Shown here: one piece after another, positions 54,376-62,268 of the stretch
How the letters are laid out: every line of letters begins with the position of its first letter
Position numbering within the stretch: position 1 is the stretch's first letter
Assembly: GCA_037445245.1 (NCBI GenBank)
Contig: JBBIKU010000001.1
Location: 6,104-70,103 of the forward strand
Reading direction: 5' to 3'
DNA from: Anaerolineaceae bacterium
Lineage (GTDB): Bacteria; Chloroflexota; Anaerolineae; Anaerolineales; Anaerolineaceae
DNA length: 64,000 bases
Position numbers and translations under genes: made by a program
Notes under the pieces: model-generated
Told to the model about the DNA's origin: nothing
Database searches by the model: none
The model's input: the letters and a program-made list of their open reading frames with translations, nothing else

Positions 54376-55044
54376 ATGTCAGCCATTTTTCGTAAACTCA
54401 ACCTTAAAGGGCAAACCGAGATTGTGGTGTTGAATGCGCCAGCGAGTTTTGAACCGGAACTCAATGCGCTTGAAAACGTCGTCATTCAACGCTCGGTACT
54501 AGACGTTGTTGAAATTGGCTTTTCGCTGGCGTTTGTCACTCAGCAGGCGGAGGTGGACGCCCTTGCTGCCGCGCTCGCCGATAAAGCCAAAGGCGATGCT
54601 CTGGTTTGGTTTGCCTATCCAAAGGGCAGCTCGAGGAAATATCGCTGCGACTTCAACCGCGACACAGGCTGGGATATGCTCAACAAGTTGGGCTTCGAAG
54701 GCGTACGGCAGGTTTCGATTGATGAAGACTGATCGGCGCTGCGCTTTAGGAGGGTGGAATTTATTTCAAGACTGACGCGGGTGCAGAAAAGCGGGGACCA
54801 GAAAGCCGACGGCTTGCAACGACCACGGCAACCGATGCCAACGTTCGTTGCGCAGGCGCTGGAAGGGCGCGGCCTGATGGCGGCTTATCGTTCCCGCCCT
54901 CCGTATCAGCAGAACGACTACCTGGGTTGGATCAGCGCTGCCAAACGCAACGAAACCCGTAATAAACGATTACAACAGATGCTGGATGAGCTGGAGAGAG
55001 GCGACCGCTACATGAATATGCCGTATCAAGCCCGAAAGTCGTGA
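54376..55044 (+). pseudogene. YdeI/OmpD-associated-family protein split by one in-frame TGA
   Basis: ORFs 54376-54732 and 54754-55044 share frame 1. ...RQVSIDED-TGA-SALRFRRVEFI... continues into ...PPYQQNDYLGWISAAKRNETRNKRLQQML (YdeI/OmpD-associated C-domain). Confidence 0.6.
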
Positions 55045-55197
55045 GCACAGGGCTCAATTCGCCAGCCATTGATCGAAATAAGCCGCCAGGTTTTTAAAAA
55101 GGGAAGGGTTAATGGCTTCAAACCGGCTTGATGGCTCGCTCATGCCGATCAAAAAACCCGCTAGCGCCGTTATCAGAACAGTCATTCCGAAGGTGAT

Positions 55198-56001
55198 CTA
55201 CAATACGCTTCGGAAAAAACAAGTGCCAAGTCGCAAACGACTCATGAGCCACATTCCAGTGACCGAGAGAATGACCAGAAAGGGAGTAAAATCCATCTGG
55301 AAACGCATCGCCGAAAAGGCATAAGTCAAAATGGGGGCAAGCAGGAACGTAAGCCCTCCCAGCAACCACAGCATCAGCCAGAGCATTTGTCTTGCTTCCC
55401 GATTTTGTCTCTGACGCACAAGCGCCGGCAATCCCCGTATCGCTGTCAGTGCAAACCAGGTTTCCGGTGCTGCCACAAGAAAACCGCTGAGCGGTTCGTG
55501 GTAAAGATAGTTTTCAGGCAGGCGGATGAAGAAGGGCCACATGTTTTCGCTGACAAAGGGAGCGATCAGAAACGGGAAGTGGCTTTCGACTCGCGGTGGG
55601 CGCATCAAATACCCATACAGGTTGGGAAGTAGATAGCTGAGCGAAAAGGCATCCTGATACACCCCTGTCATTGGACCGGTGAGCTGGTAGCGCATTCCAA
55701 ACTCAAACACACTTCCAAAGCGAAGCAGGTTGTAGCCCGCCAGAAGGGTTGCTCCAAGCACCAAGGGAAGGCAAAAAGCAATTGTATTGGATATGATTTT
55801 TGAAAATCGGTACTTTTCCAGCCCTTGATTTCCGAAAAGGAAGAAAAGTACCCTTGCTGCCAGATAAACTACCGCTGGCGCAAGGCTGGCACGACTGCCA
55901 ACCGCGCAGGTAAAGCATAATCCGGCGATCACTAGTCCGATTTGACCAGCTTTTGGTTTCTGGATGGACAGGCTGCCAGCAGGCGGCGTCCGCTGCTCCA
56001 A
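55198..56001 (-). CDS. Polytopic membrane protein resembling only the C-terminal half of a GT-C/ArnT-like glycosyltransferase (probable remnant)
   Basis: 267 aa with ...GYNLLRFGSVFEFGMRYQLTG.... The ORF begins at TTG just downstream of an in-frame TGA (56014-56016). A TM-helix-coding stretch (VIFTLGLLLVLVAIFATVLG) lies upstream in another frame. There is no room for a normal N-terminal half. Confidence 0.4.
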   Translation of the reverse strand: MEQRTPPAGSLSIQKPKAGQIGLVIAGLCFTCAVGSRASLAPAVVYLAARVLFFLFGNQGLEKYRFSKIISNTIAFCLPLVLGATLLAGYNLLRFGSVFEFGMRYQLTGPMTGVYQDAFSLSYLLPNLYGYLMRPPRVESHFPFLIAPFVSENMWPFFIRLPENYLYHEPLSGFLVAAPETWFALTAIRGLPALVRQRQNREARQMLWLMLWLLGGLTFLLAPILTYAFSAMRFQMDFTPFLVILSVTGMWLMSRLRLGTCFFRSVL

Positions 56002-56199
56002 TTGGTGTCTTTGTCAATTCCGAGCACTGTGGCGAAAATCGCTACCAGGACTAACAGTAATCCAAGCGTAAAAATCACTCCCTAGAATATCGTGTTTATG
56101 ACAGATTTGCTTGAGTTCATTGACCGCCCTGGACGATAAATCCATTCAGAATACTGTGGTGAAAAGGATAGCGAATGATTTCGCATCCACCCCCTCGGA

Positions 56200-57771
56200 T
56201 CAACTTTTACCTGCCAGATGGGGCAGGTTGCCAGGCAAAGCGCGCATTGCCTGGTATAACGGGCGCAGCCGTTCGTACATCCTCAAATATACCTGATTGT
56301 AAAGGTCATCGTAGATGCGGCACACCGCTGGGTCGGGGGCGAAGGTTCGTTCGAGGCGTGTCATCTCCTTCACTGCGTGGTGAAAATTGTGGTGTATCCC
56401 CACACCGACCGCCGCCACCATGGCTGCCCCCAGCCCTGAGGCTTCGTAAACGTGCGGGCGGGCGGCGGGCATTCCAAAAATGTCCGCTGTCATTTGCATG
56501 GCTGCATTACTCTGGCTACCGCCGCCGGCGACTCGCAATTCGGTGATCGGGACTTTGCTGCGTTTCTCAGTGCGCTCCTTGCCTTCGCGTAATGCGTAGG
56601 CAAGTCCTTCCAGAATAGCGCGGTAGAGATGAGCGCGGGTGTGCACGTCACTAAAGCCAATCACTGCTCCGCGTGCTTCGGGCCCTGGGTGGCGCAATCC
56701 CGGTGACCAGTAAGGCTGCAAAACCAACCCATGCGAGCCAGGTGGAACGGAGTTCACCAGATCGTCGAACAGCATCTCGGGTTCCACGTCACGTTCATTT
56801 GCCAGATGTTGTTCGCGCAGACCGAATTCCTGTTTGAACCAGCTCACCATCCAGTAACCACGATAAATTTGCAGCTCGAGGTTGTACAGCCCTGGTTCGG
56901 CGGCGGGGTAGGGGGGCAGCATCGGAATCACTTCGATGTATTTTTTGTGAGTGGTGTTGATGGTGGCGGCGCTGCCGTAGCTCAGGCAAGCAACGTGCGG
57001 CTGCAAGCTGCCGGTACCCAGCACCTCGCAAGCTTTGTCGGCGGCGGCGGCAATCAAAGGAAGCCCGGCGGGGATGCCGGTGGCTTGCGATGCCTGGGGA
57101 GTGATCTCTCCCAGCGGCTGTGCTTGTGGCACCAGTTCCGGCAGCATTACTGGATCGATCGGCATTGCCAGCCAGCGCCAATCGCCCTTGGTTGCCCACT
57201 TTTGGGTTTTGTAATCAAAAGGCATGTAGCCCACCTGGCAACCAACTGAGTCGACGAATCTACCAGTGAGCAGGTGCGTCAGATAACCGGAGAGGTACAC
57301 GAATTTGTGGGTCTTTTTCCAAATTTCGGGTTGGTGTGCGCAAATCCAGTTGGCTTCGCATTCCGATTGTAAATATGCCACTGTTTCGCTGACACCAGCG
57401 ACCTTGAAAGCAGCACCCCACAAACCACCAACGGGGCGTACGTTCTCCGTGCGGCGCTGATCAAGCCAGACGATGGCGGGGCGTAGCGGTTTGCCGTCCT
57501 TATCGAGGCTGAGGACGGTGGCGCGTTGGGTGGTGACGGTGACGGCGGCGATGGATTGTCGTTGCACGCCAGTCTGCTGCCACAACCCCTGGCACGCTTG
57601 GCACACCGCGTCCCAGAAGACAAGGGGATGTTGTTCGGCAAACCCGGGCAAGACGGAGAAATAAGGCTCGATCATGATCCGGTTTTTGGCAAGCAGCCGC
57701 CCGCGTGGATCGAAGAGCAAGGCACGCACTGACTGTGTCCCGTTGTCAATTGCCAGCAAATTTTCTGCCAT
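56200..57771 (-). CDS. FGGY-family carbohydrate/polyol kinase
   Basis: 523 aa with [16 protein letters not shown] at the N-terminus and the C-terminal GGGSQS-type motif ([14 protein letters not shown]). Confidence 0.85.
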   Translation of the reverse strand: MAENLLAIDNGTQSVRALLFDPRGRLLAKNRIMIEPYFSVLPGFAEQHPLVFWDAVCQACQGLWQQTGVQRQSIAAVTVTTQRATVLSLDKDGKPLRPAIVWLDQRRTENVRPVGGLWGAAFKVAGVSETVAYLQSECEANWICAHQPEIWKKTHKFVYLSGYLTHLLTGRFVDSVGCQVGYMPFDYKTQKWATKGDWRWLAMPIDPVMLPELVPQAQPLGEITPQASQATGIPAGLPLIAAAADKACEVLGTGSLQPHVACLSYGSAATINTTHKKYIEVIPMLPPYPAAEPGLYNLELQIYRGYWMVSWFKQEFGLREQHLANERDVEPEMLFDDLVNSVPPGSHGLVLQPYWSPGLRHPGPEARGAVIGFSDVHTRAHLYRAILEGLAYALREGKERTEKRSKVPITELRVAGGGSQSNAAMQMTADIFGMPAARPHVYEASGLGAAMVAAVGVGIHHNFHHAVKEMTRLERTFAPDPAVCRIYDDLYNQVYLRMYERLRPLYQAMRALPGNLPHLAGKS

Positions 57772-57814
57772 TCAAGTTCTCCTCAGCCGCGGCTGGTGGG
57801 CGATCGGGCGGCAC

Positions 57815-59551
57815 TCATCGCTTTAGGAAACCCCACTTTTTACTAGCTTGCTCTGCGGACATGTCCAGTCCCAATGTGCCACCGGGATTCATGATGTTGT
57901 GGGGGTCGAAATGTTTTTTGAGGGCACGCAGCACCCCCATCGCAGCTCGACCGATCTGTTCTTCCAGCCAGGGAGCGGTCTGTTTGCCGATACCGTGATG
58001 GTGGCTCATGGCTGCGCCTGATTTCTGGATTGCTTCCAGCACGGCGTATTGTAATTCGAGATAACGATTGATATCGGTGTTTCTGGCTATGAAGATGAAG
58101 TACAAATTGGTGCCCTGGGGGTAGGCGTGCGAGAGGTGGGTCATGCAGATGGTTTGTGGGTGGGCTTTGATGACCCGGCGTACCTGTTCGTGCACGCGAG
58201 GCATCTGCTCCCACGTGACAGCGCATTCCAGAGTATCGATCAGGATGCCGAAGTCCATCAAATCGTCGCGCATGTAAGGGTCCGTGAAGCGGCTGTGTTC
58301 CCAGCGGCGGGTGATGCCGAAGGGAGTGAGGGTGAGGGCGCCATGCTTGTGACAGACAGCGTGAACCTTGCGTTTGACCAGGCGGGTGAAGTGGCGGTCG
58401 CCGTCGGTGGAGCCCAGCAGCAGGCAGCGTTGCGCCGGCAGATAGCCGAGGGTTTTGAGGATGGAGTCGGCGGGGGAGTTGTGAACTGCGTATATGCGCA
58501 TAGCCACATCAGTCTCCTCGGCATCGGATAAACGAAAGACTGACGGAAAACCAAACTCGCCCTGCATAATCTGACGGTAAGCACTATGGGCGTCTTCCCA
58601 GTTTTTGAACAGATAGCTGAAGCGGCGGGTGTTTTCAGGTTGGTGGTGGCACACGCGCAAAGTGACTTCAGTCAACACCCCGAAACAGCCTTCAGAACCG
58701 ATCAGAATCTGATTCAAATCCGGTCCGGTGGCTGCCCTGGGGTAGGGGGGTGTGCGGATCAATCCTAGCGGGGTAACGTATTCCTGCGAGCGTACCATAT
58801 CTTCAATTTTTCCGTAATAGGTGGAGTTTTGCCCGGCGCCGCGAGTCACAACCCAGCCACCCACGCAGGAATGCTCGAACGACTGTGGGAAGTGTCCAAC
58901 GGTGTAGTTGCGGCTTGCACCCAGCATTTGGGTGGCATGGTTTAAGGTCTGCTCCAGTTCGGGTCCCCAAATGCCTGGTTGCACCGTAACGGTGTGATCA
59001 ATCTCGTTCAGGGCGATCACGCGCTTCATATACACGCTCATGTCCAGGGTGACGCCACCCCTGACTGCTTCAGCGCCACGGGTCACTGAAGAACCACCGC
59101 CGTAAACGGTGATGGGGATGTATTGCTGGTGGCAGTACGCTACGATCGCCTCAACGTCGGCGCGGTGGCGTGGGCGTAAAACTAAATCGGGGAGATTCTC
59201 AACGATGTGGTGGCGCAGCCGTAGGGCGTCGATCATCCCGGCACCGTAAGAAACCCGCGTGCGCTCGTAGGGGTCGCTGCTTGCATTATCCTCGCCAACG
59301 ATCTTGGCAAGACGGTGTAAATGGTGTTGTTCCAATCTGGGGGGCGCCGCAGAATCGAACGCTTCTAGAGCTAGCGAGGGCTGGGTGAAATCCTGGTCGC
59401 GCATGCCAAAAGTATCCCGCAGCAGGCGGTAGAAGCCGTAATTGGGATGCTTAAAGGCATGCGGATCATTCCATTTGAACAGAGCCCGGTAGCTTCCGGT
59501 TGGGGTGTCGCCTTCATACCAATTGGGCTTAAATTCATTTTTCGGGGTCAC
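57815..59551 (-). CDS. FAD-linked oxidase (PCMH fold; alkyl-DHAP synthase/GlcD-like)
   Basis: 578 aa with a long N-terminal extension, VYGGGSSVTRG, and C-terminal ...HHHGIGK.... Confidence 0.75.
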   Translation of the reverse strand: MTPKNEFKPNWYEGDTPTGSYRALFKWNDPHAFKHPNYGFYRLLRDTFGMRDQDFTQPSLALEAFDSAAPPRLEQHHLHRLAKIVGEDNASSDPYERTRVSYGAGMIDALRLRHHIVENLPDLVLRPRHRADVEAIVAYCHQQYIPITVYGGGSSVTRGAEAVRGGVTLDMSVYMKRVIALNEIDHTVTVQPGIWGPELEQTLNHATQMLGASRNYTVGHFPQSFEHSCVGGWVVTRGAGQNSTYYGKIEDMVRSQEYVTPLGLIRTPPYPRAATGPDLNQILIGSEGCFGVLTEVTLRVCHHQPENTRRFSYLFKNWEDAHSAYRQIMQGEFGFPSVFRLSDAEETDVAMRIYAVHNSPADSILKTLGYLPAQRCLLLGSTDGDRHFTRLVKRKVHAVCHKHGALTLTPFGITRRWEHSRFTDPYMRDDLMDFGILIDTLECAVTWEQMPRVHEQVRRVIKAHPQTICMTHLSHAYPQGTNLYFIFIARNTDINRYLELQYAVLEAIQKSGAAMSHHHGIGKQTAPWLEEQIGRAAMGVLRALKKHFDPHNIMNPGGTLGLDMSAEQASKKWGFLKR

Positions 59552-59591
59552 GAATCCGCCTCCAGGGCTGAGGGATAGTATGGCGGGGTTT

Positions 59592-61184
59592 TCAAGTCAG
59601 AGGCTGAGGGCTGTATGCCTTGTTCCATTTCTCGTGGTAACGATGCTCTTCCTGTTGCCAGCGTTCGTCACTCCACCCCAGTTCGGATTGCACAATGGCG
59701 CGAATGCGCGCTAGGCGGGCACGGGCGCCTTCCGGCAGCAGAACACCTAAGCGTACCCGCCGCAGTAGCAGGTCATCTAGGTGCTGCACGCCTTCCGCTC
59801 GCGCCGCCCAACGTAGCTCTGCCCACAGGTTAGGCAGGCAATCAATGCGTTCCAACTCGCCCGGTTGCGCCGCATCCAGCAACGCCTGGGTTTCGCTGCC
59901 GTACCTGCCCCGCAGATAATTCAGGGTTGCATGTTCGAGCGGTGATTGTGGTAGCGGTGGCAGACGGTCAAAAACCGCGCTTCGTTTTGAGGGTGGCTTG
60001 CCACCACCCACGGCGGTGAGAATAGCTTCCACTGTTTGGTGTGCCATGACTCGGAAGGTGGTCAGCTTACCGCCGGTGATGGTGATCAATCCGGATTCCT
60101 GCCATAGGCAGTGCGCGCGCGATTCTTTGGAGGGATTTTCTGCCCCGCCGGCGATGACCGGGCGCAGACCGGCAAAGGAGGAAATCACATCGGTATGTTG
60201 CAGCCTTAGGCCGGGTAGCAGAAAGCTGACCGCCTCCATCAGGTATTCAACCTCTTCCCGGCTGACGAACGGCTCGGCGCTGTCTCTTTCCAGCGCCGGC
60301 TCGTGGTCGGTATCTGTGGTGCCAACAATGGTTACGCCTTCCCAGGGGATCATGAACATGGCGCGGCGGTCACGGGGGTGAAAGAGGGTCAGTGCCTCTT
60401 GTAGCGGAAATTTTGCTTGCGGGAAGACCAGATGGCTGCCTCGCAGTTTGCGCAACCGCTTTTTTCCTCCCACTTGCTGACGCAGATCGTCGCTCCACGG
60501 CCCGGCGGCGTTGACGATCACCTTTGCCTGCACCTCAGCGCTTCTGTTGCCAGGTTCGGAGGTGTCCTGCACTGCTACGCCGCACACGGCGCCGGCGGCA
60601 TTGCGCAACACGCGCTCCACCCGGGCATAACTCAGAGCGGTGCCGCCGGCAGCTACGGCCTCCCTTAAGATACGCAGCACCAGCCGACTGTCATCCACAC
60701 TAGCGTCGTAATAGCGAAAGCCGGCGAGCACGCCCTCGCGGTTAAGAGCGGGGTACTCCCAACGCATGCGCTGTGGGCTGAGGCGATGATTTTTCAGCGT
60801 GTGCCCCATCAGGTCGTAGATCACCAAGCCGATCCCCAACATGTGGGTGGGGATGCTGTAACAGGCAAAGTTGGGCAGCATGAATGCCAGAGGGTTGACC
60901 AGATGCGGCGCAGCCTTCAGCATCCACTGACGCTCGCGTACCGATTCCTGGGTGACGTCGAATTGGCGGTTGAACAGGTAGCGAAAACCGCCGTGCACCA
61001 GTTTGGAAGAACGGCTGGAGGTACCGAAGGAAAAGTCGCCGGCTTCCAGCAGCAGTGTTTTCAAGCCGCAGGCGACAGCCAGGCGCAGCACACCCGCGCC
61101 GGTGATGCCACCGCCGACGACGATAACATCCCAGGGTTGTTTGAGATTTTGCCAGAGGTGATCACGCCAACTAATGTTCCACAC
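59592..61184 (-). CDS. glpD: FAD-dependent glycerol-3-phosphate dehydrogenase/oxidase-family enzyme
   Basis: 530 aa with DVIVVGGGITGAG and DFSFGTSSRSSKLVHGGFRYL. Confidence 0.8.
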   Translation of the reverse strand: MWNISWRDHLWQNLKQPWDVIVVGGGITGAGVLRLAVACGLKTLLLEAGDFSFGTSSRSSKLVHGGFRYLFNRQFDVTQESVRERQWMLKAAPHLVNPLAFMLPNFACYSIPTHMLGIGLVIYDLMGHTLKNHRLSPQRMRWEYPALNREGVLAGFRYYDASVDDSRLVLRILREAVAAGGTALSYARVERVLRNAAGAVCGVAVQDTSEPGNRSAEVQAKVIVNAAGPWSDDLRQQVGGKKRLRKLRGSHLVFPQAKFPLQEALTLFHPRDRRAMFMIPWEGVTIVGTTDTDHEPALERDSAEPFVSREEVEYLMEAVSFLLPGLRLQHTDVISSFAGLRPVIAGGAENPSKESRAHCLWQESGLITITGGKLTTFRVMAHQTVEAILTAVGGGKPPSKRSAVFDRLPPLPQSPLEHATLNYLRGRYGSETQALLDAAQPGELERIDCLPNLWAELRWAARAEGVQHLDDLLLRRVRLGVLLPEGARARLARIRAIVQSELGWSDERWQQEEHRYHEKWNKAYSPQPLT

Positions 61185-61226
61185 TGTGTTTCCTTGAACA
61201 AGGAAGCGAATGCGCTTTGCTGTGAT

Positions 61227-61943
61227 TCATGCGATTTTCTCATCCGGCAAAGGGGGCGAGTTGAGGCGCAGCCAGAATTCGCGACTCTCGCCCATGACAC
61301 GCTGCGAGAGGGCGTAGGCGGAGGCGCTATCTCTCCGAAGGGCACAGTCGAGTAATTGGCGGTAGAAATTTCGGGAGTGGGCGCGGGTTTCGAGGTGATC
61401 GAAGTAAGGTACACCAACCAGGTCGTAAAGGCGCTGGACGCTGTTGATGAAATAAACAAAGAACGAGTTGCCCGAGGCGAGAGTGAGCTGTTTGTGTACC
61501 TGCCAGTCAAAGCGAGCGTAGGCTTGGGCGGATTCGGATAGTTCGGTATACTGTTGCAACTGGTCAATGATTCGAGCGGGCTCGTTTTCGATGGCAAGGC
61601 GGGTATAATCCGGCGCCAGCAAAATGCGCACGTACAGCAGGTCGGGAATGAAACCTTCAGGCAATCGATCTTGATAACGCGCCATGGCGATCATCACCCC
61701 TAGATTGCCGTCCTCCCAGTAGTTACGCACGCGAGTCGGGCGACCGTGGCGGATTTCAATCCAGCCGTTGCATTCTAGCCGCTGCAATGCCTCGCGTAAG
61801 GTGGGGCGGGTGACGCCAAGCATTGCCGCCAGTTCGCGTTCGGGGGGTAGACTGGTCCCAATCGCAAAGATGCCGTCGAGCATGGCTTGAATCAGGCGGC
61901 TTTCGGTGCATTGAGCCGGTTTGGGTAGGGGCTTCCAGTGCAT
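61227..61943 (-). CDS. GntR-family regulator of the FadR subtype
   Basis: 238 aa. LPPERELAAMLGVTRPTLREALQRLECNGWIEIRHGRPTRVRNYWE... aligns by eye with the E. coli FadR N-terminal wHTH and linker. Confidence 0.75.
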   Translation of the reverse strand: MHWKPLPKPAQCTESRLIQAMLDGIFAIGTSLPPERELAAMLGVTRPTLREALQRLECNGWIEIRHGRPTRVRNYWEDGNLGVMIAMARYQDRLPEGFIPDLLYVRILLAPDYTRLAIENEPARIIDQLQQYTELSESAQAYARFDWQVHKQLTLASGNSFFVYFINSVQRLYDLVGVPYFDHLETRAHSRNFYRQLLDCALRRDSASAYALSQRVMGESREFWLRLNSPPLPDEKIA

Positions 61944-61954
61944 GGTGCTTTTAT

Positions 61955-61972
61955 TGGTCAGAGGTCATACCA
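61955..61972. promoter_or_regulatory. Candidate FadR/GntR-type operator
   Basis: TGGTCAGAGGTCATACCA lies 12 nt upstream of the regulator start. It has TGGT...ACCA ends, an internal GGTCA direct repeat, and a left half that resembles the FadR box CTGGTC.GA. Confidence 0.3.
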
Positions 61973-62268
61973 TTTAATTGTTTTGTAGCATAAATCTGAT
62001 CCCTTTTCAAGGGGGAGCGTTCCATCTGTTTGCCCAAAGTTAAAATATCACCCAGGTTGACAAAGTAAGAATGTCTCCTTTTGAGGAGGCATTTCTACTT
62101 TGGTGTAACAAACTTTAGCACAAGTCTTGTATAATTCGAAAATTAAGCTATAATTATCGTTGGATTCAACTCGTAAGGTCAGCGGGTGGGTTAACGATTA
62201 AGACCGCGTGGACTGAACTCGCCTAAGAAAAATTATCGGAACGACAGGCTTTATAATAGGAGAGGGAT

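Noticed and set aside
37431-54732. The idea that in-frame TGA codons (37431, 37710, 54730) reflect TGA=Trp or selenocysteine recoding.
   Set aside because: Many clearly complete genes in the window terminate with TGA (e.g. 1155-1157, 1545-1547, 2729-2731, 3418-3420). No SECIS-like hairpin follows the internal TGAs. The affected genes also carry other lesions.
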